Positions 40,130-51,454 of a DNA stretch of 64,000 nucleotides are shown here, piece by piece. This stretch comes from Mobula hypostoma (lineage: Eukaryota): NCBI RefSeq assembly GCF_963921235.1, contig NC_086097.1, positions 205,036,001-205,100,000 on the forward strand, given 5' to 3'. The first letter of the stretch is position 1, and the number at the start of each line of letters is the position of its first letter. The notes below the pieces were generated by a model. The model saw nothing but the letters and a program-made list of their open reading frames with translations. It made no database searches and was not told where the DNA came from. Made by a program: the position numbers and the translations under genes.

Positions 40130-40803
40130 AGAAGCAGACTGACTAGGTGCATCACTGCCTGGTATGGGAACTGTACCTCCCTTAATCACAGGATCTTGTA
40201 GAGAGTTGTGTGGATAGCCCAGTGCATCTGTAGTTGTGAACTTCCCATGATTCAGGACATTTACAAAGACAGGCTTGAGAAAAGGGCCCGTAGGATCACT
40301 GGGGACCCGAGTTACCCCAATCACAATCTATTTCAGCAGCTACCATCCGGGAACGGTACCGCAGCATAAAAGCCAGGACCAACAGGCTTTAGGACAGCTT
40401 CTTCCAGCAGGCCATCAGACAGATTAGACATAGAAATAGACATACTTTATTGATCCCGGAGGAAATTGAGTTTTGTTACTGCTGCACGACCAAGAATAGA
40501 GCATAAATATAGAAATACAAAAACCACAAACAATCAAACAACAATATGCCAACTATGCCGGATGGAAATAAGTCCAGGACCAGCCTATTGGCTCAGGGTG
40601 TCTGACCCTCCGCGGGAGGAGCTGAGCTTAACTCACGCTGATCTGAGTGTGTTTCGATGTTACATTGACTGTGCTATTTATAATAAAATATTATAAATTA
40701 CTGTGATTGCACATTGCACATTTGGATGGAGACGTAACAAAGGTTTTTACTCCTCGTGTGTGAAGGATGTAAGAAATAAAGTCAATTCAATTCAGTTCAA
40801 TTG
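40130..40803 (+). mobile_element. Rex1-like LINE 3' fragment with a nested antisense retroposon 3' end (40420-40626)
   Basis: CITAWYGNCT-like coding remnant; aataaa followed by an (attca)n tail; the nested part matches 31857-32052. Confidence 0.75.
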
Positions 40804-41328
40804 ACTTCCTTCAATCCAATTACTGAAAGTATTGGCACTATGTCCATAAGCACACTTTCATAACTATCCTCAGGTAATGCCTGCCAACGACATATTGTCC
40901 CTTGTTTCATGTTTTACTAATCAGAAGGATAAAGACCATCTGTCCTCAGTGTAATAGAAGATAATGCAAGATTGCTGGTAATGTGCCAATCACCTGTGAA
41001 AAGGTGAGCATTTAAACCTTTGGATCAGATTACATGAAAAGGGTCAAAATTTTACATACCCTACCCTCTGCAAAAATAACCCTGACTGTTTGCCTCCACA
41101 TTTTAGTGTATTAAAGGCAAAATCTGAAGCACAGAGACATTGAGCAATCAGAATTTCATAATCTCTCCTGTGGTATTCATGTATTAATTGTTAATGCTAG
41201 GATGAAAAGTCCTGTCATTTGTAATTTCAAAACTGAAGTTTCACTGAATACTGGTATTCCTTATAATAAATAAGGCCTTAAATTTGCTTTAAAATTAAAC
41301 TGGTTTACTTTTTATCCCTTTTTTTCAG

Positions 41329-41463
41329 ACAAGGACAGGAATTTGTTTGCTACAAGATGGTTCTCAGGAGCCCTTTGAAGTGCGATTGCACTTAGCAAAG
41401 GACATTTTAACAATTCAAGAGCAAGATGTTATCTGTGTGTCTAGTGAAAACTTCTATTCCAGT
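41329..41463 (+). CDS. SNTG1: SNTG1 coding exon 2 (TRTGICLLQDGSQEPFEVRLHLAKDILTIQEQDVICVSSENFYSS)
   Basis: Long polypyrimidine tract plus cAG at 41327-41328; 135 nt open frame; donor AGT|gtaagt; phase 0/0. Close to recalled SNTG1 TKTGICLLQDGNQEPFKVRLHLAKDIL. Confidence 0.95.
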
Positions 41464-43309
41464 GTAAGTAATATCCTTTTCTATCAAAAATGTTAAAACT
41501 TAATGCCTTTGCCAGTTAGAATGAATTATACACATATATTACCATTCATATAATGACTGGATTTATTGTAAAATCCTTTTCAATGTCCAAAATATTTTGT
41601 GGTTAACAAAAACAGTGCTGTCAGAGTGCAGAATAGAAAAGAGCACAATTTAAGGATTCAGATGATACTGGTCTCGTGCCTCCATGGCAACTTACAGACT
41701 AGAACACGGCAAGGGTTAGCTCAAGGGAGCTACTAATCATATACAGCTTATTCATATGACATTGACAAAGTTCAATGTGAGCTTTTCATTTGGAAATTGT
41801 ATTTGTTGAAGAAGTTTTGCGGTTCATTAAAGATTAAGCACAATTTTTTTCCTGCCTGTTGCCTGTCTTCAATACATAATTCCTCCCTCATACTAGATTT
41901 ACTGTCTCATCTTTGTACTCAGTTTTAAAGCTGCAATTGAAATTTACCAGAAAGCTGAACAAGACATGGGCAAGGGAATCTATATATTCCTGCTATGGCA
42001 GAAATTAGGCAATAATCCATTTCATTAGTTATGTTTTGAGGGGGGATTTTGAGATTTTGGATATTTGGTATGTTTTACTTTTGAGCAAAGTATGGACCCA
42101 AATCTCAAATAAAGGGGTCGAGGGTACATGCAAACACTTGTGATGAGAAGTGTGCCAGTTGTCATCATGACTAACGAGTTTGTGGATGTTCATTTAATAA
42201 CTGCCAGCACCATGCAGACTAAGCTGTTCATGAATCAGATTATATATTATACCGCTTCAAAGACAGAGTTGGAATTTCCCAACTGCACACCCAGCCCTTT
42301 CTTTTCAGTTGTTACATCTGAGTACATTGTGAAAGGGAAAAAAGGAATAATGCATTTCCCTGCTCCTTTATTGCCCATTAAGAATCAGAATCAAGAATCT
42401 CTAATTTCTACAGGTGTACCGTGGAGATCATTCTAACTGGTTGCATCACTGTCTGGTATGGAGCAGCCTCTGAACAGGAATGGAAATAGATGCAGAAAGT
42501 TGTAAACTCTGCATTCTCCTTCGTGGGCAGTAGCCTCCCCAGCATAGAGGACAACTTCAAAAGGCGACGCCTCTGGCTGAGTCTTTAATCCTTAGTAGCT
42601 TCTTGCGATCTTGTGCGTTGGAGGGTGGTCATGCAGCCAGTCAGAGTACTGTCCACCGTACTTCTGTCAAAATTTGCAAGAGTCTTTGATGATGTACCAA
42701 ATATCCTGAAAATCCTAAGAAAGTAGAGCTGCTGGTGTGCCTTCTTCAAAGTATCAAATTATTGAGCCCAGGATAAATCCTCTGAGATGCTGTCTCCCAG
42801 GAACTTGAAGATGCTTACCCTTTCCACTGTTCAGCTCTTGATGAGAACTGATATATGTTCTACCAATTTCCTTTTCCTGAAGTCCACAATCAATTTCTTG
42901 GTCTTACTGATGTTGAGTGTGAGGTTGTTGCGACACTACTCCACCGATTGATCGCTCTCACTTCTGTGTTTCTGCTCAAACAATACCTGACATTCTGCCA
43001 ACAACAGTGGTGTCATCAGTGAATTTATAGATGACATCTGAGCTGTGCCTAGACACATTGTCGTGAGTGTAGAGAGAGTAGAGCAGTGGGCCAAGCATGC
43101 TCTACTATCATGAACTACCTGGAGGCTATACATTTTCACAGTATTCCCATCCCTGTGCAATACTCTAGAGGGAGCAGTCTGGCTTTTCATTTCATTTTCA
43201 TTTAAAAGACTACTAAACAAAGTAACTTCCAGTCTTGAGTGACTTAGAAGTGCTTTCTTTAGTAATTGAAAAGAGGTCTTGAGCTGAACTGAAGACTGGA
43301 TATGCACAA

Positions 43310-45645
43310 GGAAGGACATTCATTGGGAAGCCATACCATTTGTGTGTGGACCAAGTGAGGTCCAAGAAGGTATAGACCAGGGAAGTACAGGTGTGCTTAT
43401 AGGACTGCTTTGAATCAATGGACTGGACTGTGTTCAAGCAGTCAACTTCGAGTCTGGATGAGTATACCACAGTTGTCACTGAGATAATTAAAACCTGTGT
43501 GGATGAGTGGGTGCCTACAAAAACATTCCAAAACCAAAAGATGAGGATGAACCAGGAAGTTTGTGGTCTGCTGAGGGTTAGATCTGTGCTATTTAAGTCT
43601 GTCGACCCAGGTCTGCACAAGAATGCCAGGTGTGGCTTGCGGAGGGCTACTTCAAGAGCTAAGAAGCAATTCTGAGTGTGGTTGGAGACGACATTGGATG
43701 CATGTCAACCCGGCAGGGTTTGCAGGACAATGGCTTTTGTGCTCATTTTAAATAGGAAAATAAACCTACAGCTATGAGGATCCCTGCATCGTCTGGTGAC
43801 CCTGTGATCTCTGTATCGGAGGCTGATGCCAGGCTGTCTTTCAAGAGGGTGAACCCTCTTAAGGCGGCAGACGATGATGGAGCACCTGCTCAGGCTCTGA
43901 AAATCTGTGCCAACCAACTGGCAGGGGTATTGAAATATATTTTCAGTCTCACATTGCTACAGTCAGAAGTTCCCACCTGCTTCAAAAAGGCAACAATTAT
44001 ACCAGTGCTCAAGAAGAGCGGCGTGAACTGCCTTAACGACGACCATTCAGTAGCGTTCACACATCGGTGGTGATGTAATGATTTGAGAGGTTGGTCATGG
44101 CTCGAATCAACACCTGTCTCAGGAAGGTCCTGGACCCACTGCCTATCACCCCATAGGTCCATGGCAGATGTGATCTCAATGGCTCTTCACATGACTTTGC
44201 ATCACCTGGACAATAAAAGTACCTGTGCCAGGATGCTGTTTATTGACTATAGCTCAACATTTAACACCATCATTTCTACAGCCCTGATTATAAAGCAACA
44301 GTACATAGGCCTCTGCACCTCCCTCTTCAACTGGATCCTTGACTTCCTAACCAGAAGACCATAATCTGTGCGGGTTGAAAATAACGTCTCCACCTTGCTG
44401 ACAATTAACACTGGCGCACCAAAGGGGATGTGCGCTCAGTCTACTGCTCTACTAACTCTACACTCATGATTGTGTGGCTAGGCAATGCTCAAATGCCATC
44501 GATAAATTTGCTGATGACCTAACCATTTTTGGCAGGATTTCAGATGAAGATCAAAGGGCGTACTGGTGTGAGATATATCAGCTAGTTGAGTGGTGTCGCA
44601 GCAACAACTTTATATTCAACGTTAGCAAGACCAAAGAGCTGATTGTGGACTTCAGAAAGGATAAGATGAGGAAACACAAACTAGTCCTCATAGAGGGATC
44701 AGAAGTGGAGAGAGTGAGCAATTTTAAGTTCCAGGTGACAATATCTTTGAGGGTCTAACCTGGTTGTAACACATTGTTGTTGTTCATCCATCATTGACAT
44801 CGAAGAGGACCTCGACACCATAATAATGGTGTCGAGACTAGCGCGTGATTTGGATTTAAGTGAGGGAGAGATGCGCAGCGTCAGCCTCACTCTCTCTTCC
44901 CAATTCCCATCTGGATCCAGTGGCAAGACAGAGTCTAGATGGCTGGAGATGGGACTAGGCGCAGTGGATGACCAGGACGTCTTCTGTGTCTTGTCCTGCT
45001 CTACACGTTCCATGACGCTTGCAGAGACCGCCTTCTTGACCGTTGGACCTTCAGCTGGTCTCGTCCGCTCAATCCGCCGGAGTCCGTCTTCACATGCTGG
45101 GATAGACAACTCCCTCTCTCACCGAGGGTTTGAGACCCGTCGACTACCCTCACCTGGTTTAGCCGGCTTGTCGAAGCCGTTGCCCGGGGTGTGGCCGCTG
45201 TCACATGCAAACAGCTACAGGGAGCCACAGGTGAGAACTGAGTGCCAGGTGGGGACCAAAGGTGGACTAACCGCCCTGAAAAGGACGCGACATGTTCCCC
45301 CATCAGAGGTGCTACCCCTCCCTGGCACCCCATATACCATATATAATATAACACATTAATGCAGTTATAAAAGCAAGACAGTGTGTATTTCATTAGGAGT
45401 TTGAGGAGATTTGGTTTGTCACCTAAACCACTTGAAAACTTCTACAGATGTATTGTGGAGAGCATTCTGACAGGCTGGATCACTATCTGGTGTGGGGGCT
45501 GGTTACTACTGCACAAGATCAAAGTAAGTTGCAGAAGCTTGCAAAATTAATCAGCACCATCATGGGTACTAGCCTCCGTAGTATCCAAGACATATTCAAG
45601 TAGCGATGCCTCAGGAAGGCTGCGTCCATGATTAAGGACCCCCAC
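43310..45645 (+). mobile_element. Decayed Rex1/Babar-like LINE, interrupted at 44776-45348
   Basis: ORFs 43418-43675 (DWTVF..), 43774-44073 (LKICANQLAGV), 44083-44364 ([11 protein letters not shown]) and 44474-44758 (KFADD..NVSKTKELIVDFR). Confidence 0.85.
44776..45348 (-). mobile_element. Probable non-autonomous bipartite RTE derivative (5'UTR-like body plus RTE 3' tail)
   Basis: 9-bp TSD taacacatt (44767-44775, 45349-45357); minus-strand 3' end ggtcctcttcga...gatggatgaacaacaac resembles the RTE end ggtcatcttcga...gaaggacgaacaacaac at about 37281-37317; GC-rich structured body. Confidence 0.72.
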
Positions 45646-47440
45646 TGTGTTATTAGGCGTGTGCAGTTTCGGTTCCCAGTGTGCAATATGAGTGGTTAAC
45701 CCAGCACTCGGAAATAACGTTGGTGAATGACCCACATGGTTTTGGCCGACAAGACTGTCCTAAGTAAAATGTGGTTGAGCTGAAGCCATTCTGTAAATCT
45801 GTAAATAAAATAGTTTTAGGGGTTGCACCTAAAAGCACAGCTACTGATTGTAGATAGAAAGTGCAGCCAATATTAGGTCTGAGAAGCTCAACCTGGAGGA
45901 AAGGGTGTTTGTAGTGACTTCACAGACCAAAGAAGACCATGAATAACAGATGTCTCTGAGGGGCTCAGATGCAACTCAAGAAACTTGTAACAGCATCCAT
46001 GAGATCTCCAAAGAGGTTGTGCAAGAGAAGCACAAGAACCCCACCTTCAATAGACATCTGTACGAGCTACACCAGCATGGCAGTAAGATACCAATGCTGA
46101 ACAGAGTGACCTTGATGAAGAAGTCACCTGTCTTGCTTCCACATCATGAAACTTTGGTTCAAAATCTGTCTCCAATCGACTTTCATTTAAAGACTGGAAA
46201 TGAAAAATATCTCCATGATTCTCTCCAAAGTTGAAGAGGAAAAATAAAAGGGAAGATGGGGAGACCACACAGACCCAAAGTTCAGAACAACAGCAAAAGT
46301 TCAACAAAAAGCAACAGGCGGAGTTACTATCCATAACGTGCAATCAACAGAAGGAGCTCTGGGAATTGAGATGGACTCAGCTGAAACTTGTGCAAAGATT
46401 CACTGATTACATGGACGTAGTCCAGGGCTCCATTACGAGGCACATGGAGTGAATTATGGTCACACAGCAAGAACAAGAACTGAACGGATAGGATCTTGGC
46501 GGAAGGATGTGAAAGAAATGAACACGTTGATCAGCGTTCTCTAAAGATTAATGCAGTACTAATGCAGCAGATAAATGCAAAAACAAATGTTATGATAAAA
46601 ATCTTGATCATATCTATACTTCCTGCGGCTTGAGTAAAGCAGCCAACATAATTAAGTACCGTCTTAACCCATTCATTCTCTCTTTTTTCTCTTCTTCTGT
46701 TGTGAAGTTGAGAAAAAGAAGTACTTAGAGAACATGCATCACCAGGCTCGAGGACAGCTTCTATCCTGTTTTTATCAGAGTTTGAATGCACCCCTTGTGC
46801 GATAAAAATGAATTCACCATCTATCAGTCTACCTCTTCATAGTCCTTACACCTTACTTGTCTACCTGGACTACATGTTCTCTTTAATTGTAACACCATGC
46901 ATTGCATGCTGTTATTGTTTTATCTTTAGTGCTACTTTGACGTACTTATGTATGAAATGATTTGCTTAGATAGTGTGCATATAAAGCCTTTCACTGAATC
47001 TCAGTACATATAATAAGAATAGAACAATCATTGCCAGCCACAATCAAAGCCTCAAAGTCGGAAAAACGAAGCATGACATTGCAGGTCAAGCTATTTAGAT
47101 CTTAACTGTTGTGCATTTGGTTCTGTTTGAGCTGTTTGCTAAAAATCTGGAAAACATTTGGCAATTAGCAATGCATTGCTGCATCAGAAATCTCACTGTA
47201 CACAGACCTCAGCTACAATTTGTTGAACATTGTGGATCCTGAACTGGTTCTCCATGTTCCTTCCCCTCCTGGGTGGGCTTTGTGATAGGCCTGCTACTTA
47301 CCCAAACATTTTTTGTATATAACCCCAGCCTTTCCCTTTGGTTAAACATTTCAAAAGTCCTCATTTACAGAAGATGTAACATGCTATTTTGCATTCTGTG
47401 CAGTTCATATCTACATAAAGCTATCCTCCATCCCGATTGG

Positions 47441-48190
47441 ACCACAAGACCATAGGACATAGGAGCAGAATTAGGCCCACAAAAAATGCTGTTTGACGCA
47501 GCAGGCCAGGCAGCATCTATAGGAAGAGGTACAGTCGATGTTTCGGACCGGGACCCTTCGTCAGGAAGGGTCTCGGCCCAAAAAATCAACTGTACCTCTC
47601 CTTATAGATACTGCCTGGCCTGCTGCGTTTACCAGCATTTTTTGTGTGTGTTGCTTGAATTTCCAGCATCTGCAGATTTCCTCATGTTAGCAGAATTAGG
47701 CCATTCAGCCCATGAAGTCTGTTCCATCATTCCATCATGGCTGATCCCAGATCCCACTCAATCCCATACACATGTCTTTTCGCCATATCCTTTGATGCCC
47801 TGACCAATCAAGAAACAATGAATTTCTACTTTGAATACACACATGGACATGACCTCCACTGCAATCTGTGGCAGAGCATTCCACAGATTCATTACTCTCT
47901 GGCTAAAAAAATTCCTCCTTAACTCCTTTCTAAAGAGTTGTCCCGCAATTCTGAGGCTGTGCCCTCTAGTTCTGGATACACCCACCATAGGAAACATCCT
48001 CTCCACATCCAGTTTATCTAGTCCTTTTAACATTCATTAGGTTTCAATAAGATCCGCCAGCACTCTTCTAAATTCCAGTGAGCACAGGCCTAAAGCTGCC
48101 AAACGCTTCTCATATGCTATCCCCTTCATTCCCAAAATCATCCTCGTGAACCTTCTCTGGATTCTCTCCAATGACAACACATCCTTTGAA
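47441..48190 (-). mobile_element. CR1 3' fragment with a Penelope-derived palindrome inserted in its tail
   Basis: accacaagaccataggacatagg tail; ORF 47758-48033. Confidence 0.88.
47478..47688. mobile_element. 211-bp fold-back Penelope-derived insertion
   Basis: Exact 14-bp TSD agcagaattaggcc (47464-47477, 47689-47702); inverted arms; minus-strand CTGACGA-agggtcccggtcc-GAAA-catc. Confidence 0.85.
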
Positions 48191-50015
48191 CTATCGTCAT
48201 CAGTTCCTCCTCTGTAATCTGATCAGTCATTCTAGTTAGTCCCTCCACGCCCTCTATCTATGAACCCTGTCACTGCATTGCATTGTACGCATTTGCTGTT
48301 TACATTGCAAATAAATGCTGGTATTTATTTAATTATGCATATGTAATTCATATACATCTTTTAACCACTAACTTTTTTTTGCTTTTTAAAATACATAAAA
48401 TTCTTTATTTTTTGTATAATTGCTTATTCTTTATAATTATTGAACACTAGACCACTGTTGTACTAAAATAAGGACTGTCTACCGTTCCATGCCGAGACTG
48501 CATTTTGGTACGGTTGGTCACTTGGCTGTCCTTCTGATACCTGCGTACAGGCGGAGGCTAAAGAGCAAAGCACCAGAGATCATGACAACAAACAGCTGGC
48601 CATGGGAGGTTAGCACCAGAAATCATGACAACAAACAGCTGGCCATGGGAGGCAGAGGAGAAGCTATAGTATTGCTTCAAGTCACTGCTCTGGGCCGCGT
48701 TCTAGAACACATCTGCGGATCAGAATGATTACATCATTAGTGCTCCGGATTTTATCAGAACAGTTATAGACAACTGTCATGAGATCCACAATCTTCTGAG
48801 GACCAGATTAGTGGCATTCAATCAGGTGAACGAGAAAGTTGCAAGGGGTCCATGTATGATCTCTGGCATTTCTAAACCAAACTTGAATTAACAATGGATG
48901 TTTGACAATTGTAAAAGGGCTTGGATGCTATCACCTCTTATAAAATCAAGCGACATAGGTGACAACAGGGCTTCGCTTCCTGATACGGTGAATGCCCACA
49001 AGAAAATGAATCTCAGGATCATATATGGTCAAATATACGTACTTTAAAAATAAATTTACTTTGGACTTTTGATCTTTTGGGGATGTTGATATTTTTGTTG
49101 CATGTCACACACCACAGCAGCAGAAACCCCAAACAGTCCATTGACCTAGAGTCCATCAAACTACAGTTCACAATCCAGCACTTCAGTATCTCATCCAGGA
49201 GCTCTCCCTCCAGCGAGGGGGAGAAAGAGGTCTTTCCTGTATCAACAAAGGTGGAGACCAACAGCTCACTATTCCGAGGTTACAATCTTTTACGCCGCTT
49301 CTCCAAGCCCCCCATCTTGAGGACCGACAGAGAGATCGAGTACAGGTTCCTTCCTCCCACAGCAGCCAGCGATTAGCCAAACACACGGCCTGCTTTGGGT
49401 GTTCCAGGCTCGAAGTTGCCATCTCCCACGATGCTTCAGTCAGCAAAATCGGTGAGGAACCAGGTCACCCACGTGGCCACTCCCTGACTTCCAGCCTCCC
49501 AGCCCTGAGGGCACATATTTTCCAGGCTGTTCCTGAAGATAGCAAAGCGCTAAGCTGCACAGTCAGTTTGAATATCCACCACTTGCAAAGAACTGCAGGT
49601 TAAGAATCTTTGCTTCATTTTATCAATAATATTCCTGTCACCATCCTCAAGGCACATTGTGACAATTGTCAGCCCAAGCAGATATTCATTCACTGGTCTT
49701 ACAATTATGGTCAAGGTGAACCTCATTAGTAAAGTCAATAGAATCACTGATGAAGCACATGAAATAAAAAGAGAAAATGGAATGGAGATGCATTACTAAT
49801 TAACACGTAATAGATGTTTTATCCAGCCAACCAGGTATAAAACATGTTAGAACAGCTGGCACATTGGCCAAAATGAGATGGTAATACAAATGAGCTTTGA
49901 ACTAGAACTAATATTCTCCTTGTAACACAAAGACATTTTATGAATAAATGGTTGTCTAATATTCTGAGTTCTGAATATTGATGAGCCTGCGTCTTTGCAA
50001 ATACTGGGCAAATCA

Positions 50016-50778
50016 GACCATAAGACCGTAAGACATAGGAGCAGAATCAGGCCATTTAGCCCAAGTCTGCTGCACTATTCAATCGTGGCTGATCCTTTTT
50101 TCCCCTCCTCAGCCCCAGTTCCCAGCTTTCTACCCATAAACTTTGATGCTATGTCCAATCAAGGACCTATCAATCTCTGCCTTAAATACACCCAACAACC
50201 TGGCCTCCGCAGCTGCCTGCAGTAACAAATTCCACAAATTCACCACCTTCCGGCTGAAGAAATTTCTCCGCATTTCTGCTTTAAATGGACACCCTTCGAT
50301 CCTGAGGCTGTGCCTTCTTGAACTAAACTCCTCCACCATGAGAAACATCCTTTCCACATCTACTCTGTCTAGGCTTTTCAACATTCAAAAGGTTTCAATG
50401 AGACATCCCCTCATACTACTAAATTCCAGCGAGTACAGACCCAGAACCATCAAACATTCCATATATAATAACCTTTTCATTCTTGGAATCATCCTTGTGC
50501 ACCTCCTTTGAACCCTCTCCAATGCCAACAGATCTTTTCTTGGATTTGGAACCCAAAACTGTTCACAATACTCACAGTGAGGCCTCACCGGTGCCTTATA
50601 AACCCTCAACATCACACACTCACTCTTGTATTTGAGACCTCTCGAAATGAATGCTAACATTGCTTTTGCCTTCCTCACCACCAGCTCTACTTGCACAAGG
50701 ACTCCCAAGTCCCTCTGCATCTCAGATTTTTGTATTGTCTCCCCACATAGGAAATAGTCTGCACATTTATTTCTACTA
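50016..50778 (-). mobile_element. CR1 3' fragment
   Basis: agaccataagaccgtaagacatagg tail; ORFs 50130-50384 and 50385-50720. Confidence 0.9.
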
Positions 50779-50924
50779 CTATTGTCATAGAGTGAATTCC
50801 CCCACTAATTAAAAGGAAGTTCACATCAATGGGTGAGACTTCCCTCATTGATTAAGAATCTCAATGAGAATAAGTAAAGACCCCACTGCCACTATGGACC
50901 CATAAAATACCTGAAAAGTTTCTT

Positions 50925-51260
50925 CAAAGTTGCTGGTGAACGCAGCAGGCCAGGCAGCATCTCTAGGAAGAGGTACAGTCGACGTTTCAGGCCGAGACCC
51001 TTCGTCAGGACTAACTGAAGGAAGAGCTAGTAAGAGATTTGAAAGTGGGAGGGGGAGGGGGAGATCCAAAATCCCTGAGCGGATAAAGTTGGCGATGGTG
51101 TTGCAGACAATGGCCTGGTGCTCCTTAGTGGGGTCACGATCGAGGGGTAAATAGAAGGAAGTATCCGTGAGTTGTCGCTGTGCCTCGGCAAGGTAGAGGT
51201 CCGTTCGCCAGCAACTTTGATGTGTGTTGCTTGAATTTCCAGCATCTGCAGAATTCCTTG
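50925..51260 (-). mobile_element. Rearranged Penelope-like insertion: RT-region fragment, hammerhead-bearing end, and inverted terminal piece
   Basis: 13-bp TSD tgaaaagtttctt (50912-50924, 51261-51273); 51210 to 51073 translates to WRTDLYLAEAQRQLTDTSFYLPLDRDPTKEHQAIVCNTIANFIRSG, which resembles the segment after the PLE DKG motif. Confidence 0.85.
50976..51013 (-). ncRNA. Minimal type I hammerhead ribozyme motif with intact core
   Basis: UAGUC-CUGACGA-A-GGGU(CUCG)GCCU-GAAA-CG-UC^GACUG: stem I AGUC/GACU, 4-bp stem II, palindromic ACGU in place of stem III. Predicted cut between 50981 and 50980. Confidence 0.7.
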
Positions 51261-51397
51261 TGAAAAGTTTCTTGTGAGTTATTGAAAAAATATATACAAA
51301 TTGCCTGCTAAACCTGAGTTTTTATATTATGTGAGAATAGTTTCAAAATTACATTGATTTATTTTAATTACAGATGTTATCTGTTATCCTTCTACAG

Positions 51398-51454
51398 GAA
51401 AGAACTGTTACAATTAGAAGACAGACGATTGGTGGATTTGGGCTAAGTATAAAG
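51398..51454 (+). CDS. SNTG1: SNTG1 coding exon 3, start of PDZ domain (ERTVTIRRQTIGGFGLSIK)
   Basis: Acceptor cttctacAG, 57 nt, donor AAG|gtacct. GFGLSI is the syntrophin PDZ carboxylate-binding loop. Confidence 0.95.

Noticed and set aside
41676..41692. RFX X-box-like ccatggcaac downstream of exon 2
   Set aside because: Only one good half-site, expected by chance in 64 kb.
44699..45393. ORFs of 130-177 aa on both strands
   Set aside because: Chance open frames across a GC-rich, TSD-bounded repeat; no recognisable protein.
48569..48652. 43-bp tandem duplication
   Set aside because: Two copies inside a decayed LINE; ordinary slippage. No CRISPR-like repeat-spacer array exists anywhere in the window.
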